The notes: generated by a model from the letters alone, not told the origin. A stretch of 64,000 bases of DNA from an uncultured delta proteobacterium (GCA_963754925.1 CAVWHX010000012.1:32001-96000), one strand, 5' to 3'. Counted from the stretch's first letter, positions 1-9,701 are shown. Program-made: numbers and translations.

Positions 1-557
1 CGCGACGGTCCCTTATAGAAGGCCTTCACGCTGCAGAAGTCGCAATTGTACTTGCACCCGCGGGCAAATTGCACCACCGAGACCGGCGCGTACCGCTTAC
101 CGTGAAAGACCAAAGTCCTCGCCAGGTAGTCGGGAAGCGGCTGCGACACGTCCTGCTCGTACAGCCGCTTGAGGCTCCCCCGCCGGGCATCCTCCACTAT
201 GGTCGGCCATTGCCGTTCGGCCTCGCCGATCGCCACCGCGTCCGCGTGGGCGGCGGCCTCGTCCGGACAGAAGCTCGGGTGGAAGCCGCCCATGACCACC
301 TTGGTGCCCCGGGCGCGGAACCGATCGGCGACCTGGTAGGCCCGCCACGCCTGGAAAGTGCCCACCGAGAGCGCCACCAGATCGAATGGCTCGTCGTAGG
401 GCAGCTTCTCCAGGCGATCGTCGTACGCTATTACCTCGACGTCGGACGGGGTCAGCCCTGCGAGGATCGCCAGCGCGTAGGGCGTTAGGTTAGTATAGGG
501 TAGAGCCCGCTTGTTCTCCCAGTAGCTCATCTCGGGGCGTATCAGCGCGATTCTCAT
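1..557 (-). CDS. B12-binding radical SAM protein (3' part runs off the window)
   Basis: Not in the ORF track. Manual translation from ATG at 557 gives MRIALIRPEMSYWENKRALPYTNLTPYALAILAGLTP...VVMGGFHPS...IGEAE...RGCKYNCDFC, a cobalamin-binding N-domain plus CxxxCxxC. Confidence 0.88.
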   Translation of the reverse strand, partial: MRIALIRPEMSYWENKRALPYTNLTPYALAILAGLTPSDVEVIAYDDRLEKLPYDEPFDLVALSVGTFQAWRAYQVADRFRARGTKVVMGGFHPSFCPDEAAAHADAVAIGEAERQWPTIVEDARRGSLKRLYEQDVSQPLPDYLARTLVFHGKRYAPVSVVQFARGCKYNCDFCSVKAFYKGPS

Positions 558-588
558 ATAAGCATCCTTACGGCCAAACGAGGCGGGG

Positions 589-2010
589 CTAGCATACCCG
601 CGAACGGTTGATCTCGGCCGGTGCGGCATCTTCGAGCGGGAGGAACCGCGTGATCGGCGCCTGGGCGTCCGCAGCCTGGGCCAAAGCTGCCTTGCCGAAC
701 AGCGGCATCTCGAAGCCGGGCTGGAAGAACAGCCGCTGGACGAAGATGCGGTAGGTCAGGTTACCCACGAAGGTAATGGGGAAAAAGAACCCCGCCTGCA
801 GGGTCCGGGCCAAGATCCGGTGTATCTTGAAGGTCTCCCGGTAGGCCCAGCGGAACCCCTCGTACAGCTGCACCGGGCTCATGAGCTTGGGACGGTAGAC
901 CACGTGCATGGTGTCGTAGTCGCCCCAGTCGTAGCTTAGGATCCGGCCCTCCTGCTCGAGTCGCGTAAAGAGGCGCGAGCCCGGGTAGGGGGTATAGATG
1001 GAGTAGCGCGGGATGTCGATTTTGAGCTCCTGCACCCGCTCGACCGTGTGGGCAAACACGTCGGGGGTGTCCTCGTCGAAACCGAAAACGAAGCACCCCT
1101 GGACGCTGATGCCGGCCTGGTGCAGCATCCGCATCAGTTCGTCGTAGTTATCCTCCTGGTTGAACCCCTTGGCAATAGTGTTCAGCGTGTGTTGGCCGAC
1201 CGATTCGAAACCGATCAGCAGGTACTTGCAGCCGCTCTTCTGCAGCAGATCGAACAGCTCTGGATCCTGGGTGATCTTGGTGGTGGCCAGCCCGCCCCAC
1301 TTCTTCTTGAGCGGGATCATGGCCCGGAGTAGCTCCTTGGCGTACTCGACGTCGTCGAAGGGGCTCACGTCGTTGGTGCACCAGCGCCCGCTGGGGACGG
1401 CCTTGATGTCCCGGATCACATCCGCGATCGGACGGCGCTGGAAGTGCTTCCAGACCCCCGGCACGGTGCAGAAGTCGCACACGTGCATGCAGCCGCGGGT
1501 GATCTGGATGGTGTGGGGCATCATGTAACCGCTCTTGCGCTGGAGATCCCAGCGCGGGGTCGGGATCCCGTAGTAGAGCCCCTCCGGCTCGGGCGCGCGG
1601 TACTCGGCGCGGAGCTTCCCCTGCTTGAAGTCCTGGAGCACCTGCCCCCAGAGGTTCTCGGCCATCCCGACCACGATGGAGTTGGCGAAACTGCGGGCCT
1701 CGTCGGGCATCAGAGTCACGTGCACCCCGCCCAGGATGACGGGGATCCCGCGGCCGCGGAAGTGATCGGCCAGGGCGTAGGACCGCCGCGACGTGCCGGT
1801 GAGCACGCTAATGCCCACCAGATCGACCTGGGCGTCGAGCGGGACTTTATCGACGCTCTCGTCGACGAGCTGGTACTCGACATCGGGCTGGTCGGCAGTA
1901 AGCGCGGCTAGGGTGGTTAGGGTCAGTGGGGCTTCCCGCAGGGAACGAACGTGGTCGCCGATACGCAGCTTGTGCATATGGGCATCCGCCATGATTAGCA
2001 TGACTTTCAT
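589..2010 (-). CDS. B12-binding radical SAM protein
   Basis: LGGVHVT in the N-domain, RGCMHVCDFC motif, IGFES and YTPYPGS motifs. Confidence 0.92.
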   Translation of the reverse strand: MKVMLIMADAHMHKLRIGDHVRSLREAPLTLTTLAALTADQPDVEYQLVDESVDKVPLDAQVDLVGISVLTGTSRRSYALADHFRGRGIPVILGGVHVTLMPDEARSFANSIVVGMAENLWGQVLQDFKQGKLRAEYRAPEPEGLYYGIPTPRWDLQRKSGYMMPHTIQITRGCMHVCDFCTVPGVWKHFQRRPIADVIRDIKAVPSGRWCTNDVSPFDDVEYAKELLRAMIPLKKKWGGLATTKITQDPELFDLLQKSGCKYLLIGFESVGQHTLNTIAKGFNQEDNYDELMRMLHQAGISVQGCFVFGFDEDTPDVFAHTVERVQELKIDIPRYSIYTPYPGSRLFTRLEQEGRILSYDWGDYDTMHVVYRPKLMSPVQLYEGFRWAYRETFKIHRILARTLQAGFFFPITFVGNLTYRIFVQRLFFQPGFEMPLFGKAALAQAADAQAPITRFLPLEDAAPAEINRSRVC

Positions 2011-2127
2011 AGAGCATCTACCTCCATTTCTTCATCTGTTTCAGTTCCGGCATTTATCAACCATCCATTAATGCAGGTTTTTGTATCATACCTTCCCGAA
2101 TTCAGGAAGAGCTTTTTACGCCTCGCC

Positions 2128-3261
2128 TCATAAGAGCGCCACTTCCACGTGGGGAATACGCCCGTCGAGCGACCCTAGCACCGCCGCGCCTTCCTCATCC
2201 CAGTGCACGGTGTACAGCACCGAGCGGTATTCCATATTGAAAAACGCGCGCTTAAGGACCGAGCAGAGCGGGTGCCCGTCGGTCAGCCCGATGGCGACAA
2301 ACGACAGTCCCCTCCCCCGCGCTTCCTCCAGCGCGGCTCCGACCAGCGCCAGGGCGAGATCCGGGTCCTCCGGGTTGGCCGAGAAGTGCGAGAGGTAGGC
2401 GAAGGCGCAGACCTCCCCCTCGCACGGGAGGCGTGGAAGACCAAGCTTGGGGCCGAGCCAGTTTACGGCTGGGACCACGAGCGCGAGCCCCCAGGCATAG
2501 TTGCGGACCACGATCTGCTTAAAGGCACGTTGGTCCCAGACCGCGATGCACCCCACGACCCGATCGCCACTCAGAACCACCAGGAAGTCCTCGGGTCGAA
2601 GGCCGCGCACCCGGGTCGCGCTGGCGAGGTCCTCGGGGGTCCAAACTGGAGCGAACTGATAACGGGTGTACTCGCGTTGCAGGCAGGCCGCTATCTGGGG
2701 GAGCAGGTCCGCCGTGGCCCTGCGAATGACGAAGCGATCCCCGACCGCAGACGTGCTCCTCTTCAGCATGGGGATGAGCAGGGTACTCAGGATTCCCTGC
2801 TCGGTGTACGGCGGGATGCCCGGCCGGGAGGTCGCGAGCGCCCGCCGGGCGAATTCGTTGTCCTCGATGATGGTGGTGATGTAGAGGCGCACCGTGTCTG
2901 CCAGGTGCCGCTCGTGCAGCTTGGCGTAGCCTCGCTTGAGGATCCCCTTGCCGCCGCGATAGGCCGGTGAGATCCGCACCTCGCTCAGGTAACCCAGCCG
3001 CGTTGGATGGCCGTTGACGAAGGCGCGGTGGACCGATCGGCTGCCCATGCCCAGCAGTTCATCGTTACCCTGAAGCCGCGCCATGACAATGTCGTGCTCG
3101 CCGCCCTCAATGGTTGTGGCCAGGAAGAAGCTGGGCTCGCGCTCCATCGACACGGTGAGCCAGCCCGGCATGGGGATCTCGCGCAGTAAGCGCCTGAGGC
3201 CGGCGTCGTCTTTTTCCGTTGCGAAGTCGACCTGGATGGTTTCACCACCAGCGCTTTTCAT
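2128..3261 (-). CDS. GNAT-fold (probably tandem GNAT) acyltransferase-like protein
   Basis: GYLSEVRISPAYRGG resembles GNAT motif A; a second GNAT-like half contains RVVGCIAVWD. Confidence 0.65.
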   Translation of the reverse strand: MKSAGGETIQVDFATEKDDAGLRRLLREIPMPGWLTVSMEREPSFFLATTIEGGEHDIVMARLQGNDELLGMGSRSVHRAFVNGHPTRLGYLSEVRISPAYRGGKGILKRGYAKLHERHLADTVRLYITTIIEDNEFARRALATSRPGIPPYTEQGILSTLLIPMLKRSTSAVGDRFVIRRATADLLPQIAACLQREYTRYQFAPVWTPEDLASATRVRGLRPEDFLVVLSGDRVVGCIAVWDQRAFKQIVVRNYAWGLALVVPAVNWLGPKLGLPRLPCEGEVCAFAYLSHFSANPEDPDLALALVGAALEEARGRGLSFVAIGLTDGHPLCSVLKRAFFNMEYRSVLYTVHWDEEGAAVLGSLDGRIPHVEVALL

Positions 3262-3277
3262 CGCGGGCTCCTTTTCT

Positions 3278-4795
3278 TCAGGTCACCGGTTCGGTCGCCG
3301 GGATCCGCCGCGCGTACTCGAAGTGATCGATGAAGGTCAGCAAGGTGGTCACCTTGATGTTCTTCCGGGTCCACAGCAGCCGGATGATCTTCCCGATAAA
3401 GCGTGCGACGGGCTTCTCGACCTTGAACATCTCGACCAACAGGTAGATCGTGACCCCGATGCGCAGCACCCACTGGGGCTTATCGCCCCGAAGCGCCCCC
3501 TGTTGGTACACGTTCTCGATCTTCTGGAGGATTGCCTCCTCGGAGTAGACCACCTTGGTGCTCCAGTCGGTCCCCTGCTCCAACTGCGCGGGGGTCATCT
3601 TCCGCGGGACGATGCAGGCGAAGTTCCCGGTGTACTTGGTCCAGTCCCGGCAGAGTACGCGGTTCTCCGCCTCCAGCGCCCGGGTGTGGGCCGTGCCGGG
3701 TAGCGGCAGAATGGTGTGGAAAATAGGGAACTCCAGGTCGGTCTCCCGCACAAAGTCGACCGTCTTTCGGAAGATGTCCGGCCCGTCCCCGTCCATCCCG
3801 TACATCATCAGCGAGGATACGTTGATCCCATAGCGGTGGAGCACCTCCAGGTCCTGCCGGAAGCGCTCGACCTTGTTGACCATCCCCTTGTTAGCCAGAT
3901 CCAAGCTCTCCTGGGAGAGGGACTCGAATCCTATAAAGAGGTTGTCGCAGCCGCTCCTGACCATCAGCGCGAGCAGCTCCTCGTTGCGGGCCACGTTGGC
4001 GCTCGCGAGCCCCCACCACTTGATCTTGAGCGGGATCAACGCCTCGAACAGCTGCCGCGCGTACGGCACATTGGCGATGATGTTGTCGTCCGACAATGCC
4101 AGCGGAGCGTCGCCGATGGTCGACAGCCAGCAGAGCTTCTTGAGCTGCCGGATCTCGGCGATCACGTGCTCGACCGGCTTGTAGCGGATCTGGTTGCCGA
4201 ACACGAGGTGAATCTGGCAGAAATTGCAATCGAAGCAGCACCCCCGCGAGGCCTGGATGAAATACGGGAAGTAGTACTGGGTCTTGACCAGATCCCAGCG
4301 GGGCAACACGAATTCCCGGAAATCCACCACCCCGGGGTCCCGGTATACCCTCTGCGGCTTGCCCTCCTTGAAGTCATCCAGGAACTGCCGCCAGGTGTTC
4401 TCACCCTCTCCGACAAAGACGGCGTCCACGTGCGCGAGGGCTTCCTCGATGGCAAGCGAAACGTGGACGCCCCCCATGACCACGGTAACGCCCCGCTTGC
4501 GGTACTCGTCCGCCAGTCGGTAGGCGTAGGGCGCCATGTAGGTCATGCCGGTCAGGGCCACGATGTCGACCGGTTCGTCGAGGTCCAGCACGTCCACCGC
4601 CTCATCCAGAAGCTCCAGCTCGTACTCGGGCGGGGTCAGCGCGGCTAGGATGGGGAAGGCCAGCGAGTAAAACGACATCCGGTTAGACTCGTCGCGGCGC
4701 TTGCTCCTGAAGAAGACCCGGGTTATGAAGTCGTAGTTGGTCAGCAGCGATTTTTGGGGCTCCCCCGAGTAGGGCATGATGAACTTGATCTTCAT
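3278..4795 (-). CDS. B12-binding radical SAM protein
   Basis: MGGVHVS, VGEGE, RGCCFDCNFC, IGFES, PLPGT motifs. Confidence 0.92.
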   Translation of the reverse strand: MKIKFIMPYSGEPQKSLLTNYDFITRVFFRSKRRDESNRMSFYSLAFPILAALTPPEYELELLDEAVDVLDLDEPVDIVALTGMTYMAPYAYRLADEYRKRGVTVVMGGVHVSLAIEEALAHVDAVFVGEGENTWRQFLDDFKEGKPQRVYRDPGVVDFREFVLPRWDLVKTQYYFPYFIQASRGCCFDCNFCQIHLVFGNQIRYKPVEHVIAEIRQLKKLCWLSTIGDAPLALSDDNIIANVPYARQLFEALIPLKIKWWGLASANVARNEELLALMVRSGCDNLFIGFESLSQESLDLANKGMVNKVERFRQDLEVLHRYGINVSSLMMYGMDGDGPDIFRKTVDFVRETDLEFPIFHTILPLPGTAHTRALEAENRVLCRDWTKYTGNFACIVPRKMTPAQLEQGTDWSTKVVYSEEAILQKIENVYQQGALRGDKPQWVLRIGVTIYLLVEMFKVEKPVARFIGKIIRLLWTRKNIKVTTLLTFIDHFEYARRIPATEPVT

Positions 4796-5505
4796 GGCTT
4801 CCTCACAAAAAGCGTGCTCAGGCCGGCCCGGACCCGGTCCCGCTCCTTGACCGCAAGCTTGAACCCCTGGCCGTCCGGCACGAACACGTCTACCTGGGAC
4901 CCCATGCGGATCAGGCCAAACACCTCGCCCTGTGCGACGTCGACGCCATCCTTGTAAGTCTCGATGCGTCGGATCCAGCGCTCGGCGATCTGGGTGACGG
5001 CTATCGCGGCCCGCGCGTTCTTGAAGATGAAGGTCGCCCGCTCGTTGGCGGCCACGTACTCGCAGTCGTGCTCGAACGGGCGCTCATCGAATAGAAGGTT
5101 CGAAAGGGCGTTGAACATGCACCGGTTGACCCTGGCGAAGATGCCGCTCCGGGGGAACCCGTGGGCGATCTTGGTGATGCGCCCGGCGATGGGCGCACGG
5201 TTGAAATGGACGTCGAAGGGGCTCATGAAGACGCCCACCAGGGTGCCGGGTTTGTCGCGCAGCACCTCGTCTTCCAGGTGCATCAGCTCGTCGAGGCGGA
5301 TGATGTTCTGGCCCTTGATCGAGACGATCGGCCGACCGGCGGCCGGGTCGACCCGACGCCCGTAGATCACGTAGCCGTCGGCCGGGGAAAGGATCCGGTT
5401 GTCGTCGGCAACGACCTCCCGTCTGGGGTTTCGGAAGAAGAACCAAAACCGCCAGAGCAGGAATAGGAGCAGCACCGCCGCCGCTATGATTCCGAGCCAG
5501 AGCAT
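4792..5505 (-). CDS. psd: phosphatidylserine decarboxylase family protein (pyruvoyl-dependent)
   Basis: N-terminal membrane anchor with FFFRNP, SPADG, FMSPFDVHFNRAP, NER and the G|S self-cleavage motif LIRMGSQVDV. Confidence 0.85.
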   Translation of the reverse strand: MLWLGIIAAAVLLLFLLWRFWFFFRNPRREVVADDNRILSPADGYVIYGRRVDPAAGRPIVSIKGQNIIRLDELMHLEDEVLRDKPGTLVGVFMSPFDVHFNRAPIAGRITKIAHGFPRSGIFARVNRCMFNALSNLLFDERPFEHDCEYVAANERATFIFKNARAAIAVTQIAERWIRRIETYKDGVDVAQGEVFGLIRMGSQVDVFVPDGQGFKLAVKERDRVRAGLSTLFVRKP

Positions 5506-5514
5506 CCCGACACC

Positions 5515-5679
5515 TCACAGGTTGGCGATATGTTTGGTGATCCGGACCAGCCAGGGGAAGGCCCGGGTACCCAGCAGGCGATCGATGGATCGCACGGGGA
5601 ACATCACCAGGACCACCAGGGGAACGTACATCACGATGGTGAGAAACGTGTAGAAGTCGTAGAGCAGCCGCTTGGCCAT
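5515..5679 (-). CDS. 54-aa hydrophobic small protein
   Basis: Below the ORF-track cutoff: MAKRLLYDFYTFLTIVMYVPLVVLVMFPVRSIDRLLGTRAFPWLVRITKHIANL. Its start overlaps the peptidase stop (TGATG) and it fills the gap to psd. Confidence 0.7.
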   Translation of the reverse strand: MAKRLLYDFYTFLTIVMYVPLVVLVMFPVRSIDRLLGTRAFPWLVRITKHIANL

Positions 5680-6935
5680 CACGCGTTCCCCATGATCGGG
5701 AGCCGCGCGTCGATGACGCGGATCATTCCCAGCAGGAAATCCCGGACTGCGGCGTACCGCTCCATCCGAATGTTCTCGACCGTGTCCAGCGGGGTGTGCA
5801 GGTTGGGATTGTTGCAGAAGGTGGTCCCGCAGGGGATCCCGTTGCGGTAAAAGGAGTCCACGTCGGCCGGGAAGATCGGCGCGAACCGATAGAACAGTTC
5901 AAGCGGCACGGGTAGGATCCCCCGCCCGAGCAGCCTAAGGCGTGAGAAGCTCCCCCGCAGCAGCGCGTGGCCGGAGTAGAAGAATATCCTGAGCCTCCCC
6001 TGGCGGGTCGGGACCGGCATTTCGAGGTTGAGGTAGGCCCGGTAGTCAGCGAGATCGTTGCTGCGAACGTGGTAGGCCGAGCCCTGGATCCCGATCTCCT
6101 CCGCGTCGAAGAAGATCGCGCGCAGGTCATGATCGAGGCGCTGCTCCTCGGCCAGGGTCCCGAGGAGATCCAGCAGGAGCGTCACCGCCACGCCGTTGTC
6201 CTGGGAGCCGCCATGCCAGCTGTCGTAGTGGGCGCCCAGAACAATCTTCTCGCGGCGCCGAGCCTTGCCTTTCAGATCCACCACCACGTTGGTCGCCATC
6301 GCGTCGGCCGGCCGCGCGCTGTAACGAATGGTCCACCCCTGCGCCGGCGCGCGCTGCAGCGCGAGCCAATCCGCGCGGGAGATGCCGATGGCCGGCATGG
6401 GGCATGGGCCGAAGAGCGGGGGAAAGCCCAGGCCGCGCCGGATGTGGACCGGGTTGTCCAATCCAATCACCGCCCCGGCCGCCCCGCCTTGGTAGGCCGA
6501 CGGCACCTGTAAGAGGCGGTGCACCAGCAGGTTGTTGCGAAAAACGACGATTTTACCCCGGACTTTGGCCCCGCGCCTCGCCGAGAGCCGCCGCCCGGCG
6601 AAGCTGAGCTCGCCCGATACCGCCTCGCCGGACATGCCGGTGTTGTCGTAGAGGTAGGCGTCGATTCGCTGGCCCCCGCGCTCGAGCGTCGCCTGGCATC
6701 CGGTCGAGATGCGGACCGGGAACCGCTCCTCCCGGATCTCGGCTCCCGCGAGCCCCGACAACCGCTCGAGGATCAGGGCCCGCGCCTTTTGGCCCGCGTC
6801 GGACCCGGCTTTCTTCTCGCCCAACGAGGAGAGCCGGTCGAGCAGCGCCCTCGACGCACCAGGCGTGGCATGGGCCAGCGCGACCCTATCGAGCAACTCG
6901 CCCGGGACCGACGGTTGACGGTCTGGCTCATTCAT
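5679..6935 (-). CDS. M28 family zinc peptidase with PA-like insert
   Basis: Metal-ligand motifs GAHYDS, DNG, DAEEIG, NLEM, LHTPLDT. Confidence 0.85.
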   Translation of the reverse strand: MNEPDRQPSVPGELLDRVALAHATPGASRALLDRLSSLGEKKAGSDAGQKARALILERLSGLAGAEIREERFPVRISTGCQATLERGGQRIDAYLYDNTGMSGEAVSGELSFAGRRLSARRGAKVRGKIVVFRNNLLVHRLLQVPSAYQGGAAGAVIGLDNPVHIRRGLGFPPLFGPCPMPAIGISRADWLALQRAPAQGWTIRYSARPADAMATNVVVDLKGKARRREKIVLGAHYDSWHGGSQDNGVAVTLLLDLLGTLAEEQRLDHDLRAIFFDAEEIGIQGSAYHVRSNDLADYRAYLNLEMPVPTRQGRLRIFFYSGHALLRGSFSRLRLLGRGILPVPLELFYRFAPIFPADVDSFYRNGIPCGTTFCNNPNLHTPLDTVENIRMERYAAVRDFLLGMIRVIDARLPIMGNA

Positions 6936-7228
6936 TATCGCCTCTCGACGTACCGCAGTTTAGTCACTGCTCTTATTGGGCGGGATATTCACACATTACA
7001 TCGATGATAGCTAGCCAAAAATCACCGTTAGGGAAACCCGTCAACATGCCTATTGACACGTAGCGGCGAGGTTGACACAATGCGTGGCGTTCAAGGTGCA
7101 CATCGGCTTTACCAGCGCCCAGGCCACCGCACACAACTTGCCGAAGTGGCTGAGAAACACCTTCACCTCTAACGAGATGATTGAATGTCGGTGTCGTTCA
7201 TTAACATGAAGATCGGGAGATTAAGATT

Positions 7229-8050
7229 ATGGCCGCCTACGAAATCCAGGACATCGCGCGTGTAGCCGAAAAGAAGGACCAGAAGCTTACGGCGACCACC
7301 CATCGCGTGCCAACCCTCGATATAGGCATCGTCAAGCAGCTCTGGCACATCTATTTTGAGCATTACACCGACACCTCGGAGGAACTGTTCCGCCACGATC
7401 TCTCCCGGAAGTCGCATGTGATCGTGCTGTGGGACAGATACGACAACTCCGTCCAGGGCTTCTCCTCCTTCCATACCTACCACACCCAATTGGGTAACCG
7501 CCGGATCGCCGTGTTCTTTTCCGGCGACACGGTAGTCCGCAAGGAATACTGGGGGCAGACCGCGCTGCAGCGGGCCTTTATCAGGAACGCGCTCCTCTTC
7601 TTGGCGCGCAACCCGGTCACCCCCGTCTACTGGTTCCTGCTGACCAAGGGCTACCGGACCTATTTGCTGCTCTCCCGCAACTTCCTCGACTACTATCCCC
7701 GCCACGATCGGGAGACGCCGCCTTTCGAGAAGACGCTGATCGATCACCTGGCCAGGGAGAAGTTCGGCGACGCCTGGAAGCCCAAGGATGGCGTGCTGCG
7801 CTTCGACAAACCAGCCGGCAGGTTGCGGGAAAACGTGGCGCCCATCAGCGTCGATCTGCTACAGTATCCTGACATCTGTTTCTTCAATCGGATAAATCCC
7901 GGGCACGTCAGGGGTGAGGAGCTTTGCTGCATCGGTAAGCTGGAGCTCGGTTCGGTGTTTAACTACTTTGCCAGGCAAGGGAGAAAGGTTCTGAAGCGCA
8001 TACGGAGAGGACGCAAATGCCGGGGTGTAGAGGGGAGTGTCACTAGATGA
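7229..8050 (+). CDS. uncharacterised protein with probable GNAT-like fold
   Basis: FSGDTVVRKEYWGQTAL resembles a GNAT acyl-CoA-binding segment; ATGA overlap with the next gene. Confidence 0.6.
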   Translation: MAAYEIQDIARVAEKKDQKLTATTHRVPTLDIGIVKQLWHIYFEHYTDTSEELFRHDLSRKSHVIVLWDRYDNSVQGFSSFHTYHTQLGNRRIAVFFSGDTVVRKEYWGQTALQRAFIRNALLFLARNPVTPVYWFLLTKGYRTYLLLSRNFLDYYPRHDRETPPFEKTLIDHLAREKFGDAWKPKDGVLRFDKPAGRLRENVAPISVDLLQYPDICFFNRINPGHVRGEELCCIGKLELGSVFNYFARQGRKVLKRIRRGRKCRGVEGSVTR

Positions 8051-9390
8051 AAGTCACGTTCATCATGCCGGCGATCGGCAAGATCCCGGGCAAGCGCTAC
8101 ATCAAGTCCTGGCAGATCATGGAGCCGCTGCCCATCATGCACATGAAGGCGCTGACGCCGCCGGACATCGAGACGGAGTTTTTTGACGATCGCATCGAGC
8201 TGGTCGACTACGACACCCGGACCGACCTCGTGGCCATCTCCTGCGAGACCTACACGTCCCGGCGAGCCTACCATATCGCCGCACGATTCAAGGAGCGGGG
8301 CATCCCAGTGGTGATGGGCGGCTACCACCCGACCTTGATGCCGGAGGAGGTTTCACAGCACGCGGACAGCCTCCTCGTCGGCAACGCCGAGGGGGTGTGG
8401 GCCACCATGCTCGAGCACGCGAAACAGGGCAAGCTGCAAAAGATCTACCGCGGTGAGCCGGGGTACGGTGTAACCCCCGCCATACCTGACCGTTCCATCC
8501 TGAAGGGCAAGCACTACTCACGCATCGGCCTGGTGGAGACCGGGCGCGGCTGTTGCTTCAACTGCGAGTTCTGCGCCATCTCCAAGTACTACGACCGCTG
8601 CTACCACCCCCGCGCTATCCAGCGGGTGGTGGAGGACGTGGCGAACGCGGGTAAGGACTTCTACTTCTTCGTTGATGACAATTTCGTGGCCAACCAACGC
8701 TACGCTCTCGATCTCTGCCGGGCGTTGGAACCACTCAAGATACAGTGGTCCGGTCAGGGCTCGCTGACCATGGCTCGCAACCGGGAGCTGCTGCGGGCCA
8801 TGAGGCGGAGCGGCTGCGAGGTGATCCTGATCGGGTTCGAGTCGCTGGACGAGACCAATCTCAAGCAGATGAACAAGCAGTGGATGCTCGGGCTGGGCAA
8901 TCGCCAGGAACTGGTGCAGGCCATCCACGACGAAGGCATCAGCATCTACTCCACCTTCGTCTTCGGCAACGACAACGACACCCCGGAGAGCTTCGACCGG
9001 GCCCTTGAGTTCTCCATCGAGAACCGGTTCTTCTACTCCGCCTTCAACCACATCACCCCGTTTCCGGCCACACCGCTCTACGAGCGGCTTCAGCGGGAGA
9101 ACCGGCTGCTGGTTGATAAGTGGTGGCTGGACCCCGAGTACCGCTACGGCACCCTGCCCTTCCACCCCAAGCGGATGACCTATCAGGAGGTGACCGACCG
9201 CTGCGCCCAGGCCCGGCGGGACTTCTACAGCTACTCCTCGATATTCACCCGCCTGTTCACCCTCGCCTCACGCAGCTTCAGCCCCAAGATGCTCATAGGG
9301 TACCTGGCCTCGAACTGGATGGTGCAGCGGGAGATCGACATCCGCCTCAACTTGCCGATGGGCTCCAACCTGGACGAGCTGCCCAAGTAG
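8047..9390 (+). CDS. B12-binding radical SAM protein
   Basis: MGGYHPT, VGNAEG, RGCCFNCEFC, FFVDDN, IGFES, TPFPAT motifs. Confidence 0.92.
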   Translation: MKVTFIMPAIGKIPGKRYIKSWQIMEPLPIMHMKALTPPDIETEFFDDRIELVDYDTRTDLVAISCETYTSRRAYHIAARFKERGIPVVMGGYHPTLMPEEVSQHADSLLVGNAEGVWATMLEHAKQGKLQKIYRGEPGYGVTPAIPDRSILKGKHYSRIGLVETGRGCCFNCEFCAISKYYDRCYHPRAIQRVVEDVANAGKDFYFFVDDNFVANQRYALDLCRALEPLKIQWSGQGSLTMARNRELLRAMRRSGCEVILIGFESLDETNLKQMNKQWMLGLGNRQELVQAIHDEGISIYSTFVFGNDNDTPESFDRALEFSIENRFFYSAFNHITPFPATPLYERLQRENRLLVDKWWLDPEYRYGTLPFHPKRMTYQEVTDRCAQARRDFYSYSSIFTRLFTLASRSFSPKMLIGYLASNWMVQREIDIRLNLPMGSNLDELPK

Positions 9391-9547
9391 GCCTAAAGCG
9401 CCAGGAGTACCGCTCGCATGTTCGAAACCACGAGGAGGAGAGTTCAAGGCAAGCGCACAGTCACCCCCCCCCTGATCCCAACCGAGCATGTCCTCGGATT
9501 TTGTGTTTTCCAGCAAGCCCTTCTCACTAAGCTACCGCAACACCCGC

Positions 9548-9634
9548 CGTCTCAATCAACTCCAACAGGTAATGCTTAAAATTGAAAGGATTAAAGGCTT
9601 CACCAACGTCGAGCGCATTCAGGGTTGACTCGAA
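9548..9634 (+). pseudogene. orphan 3' end of a gene (RelA/SpoT C-terminal ACT-like); left copy of a 44-bp direct repeat
   Basis: Reads RLNQLQQVMLKIERIKGFTNVERIQG-stop; 9591-9634 matches 11788-11831 at 41/44 nt. Confidence 0.6.
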
Positions 9635-9672
9635 TGGACCAGATTTGTGGCTATCTATGAAATATAAGGATC

Positions 9673-9701
9673 TTGACACTGGTGTCATGAAGATGTATTT
9701 A
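9673..9701 (+). promoter_or_regulatory. sigma70-type promoter with an overlapping inverted repeat (probable autoregulatory operator)
   Basis: TTGACA (9673-9678), 17 nt, TATTTA; palindrome TGACAC-TG-GTGTCA at 9674-9687; ATG at 9709. Confidence 0.55.

Noticed and set aside
2203..4648. Long antisense ORFs (2203-2970, 3716-4648, also 28747-29721 and 32789-33586)
   Set aside because: These are shadow ORFs expected opposite GC-rich genes with biased codon usage; they show no motifs.
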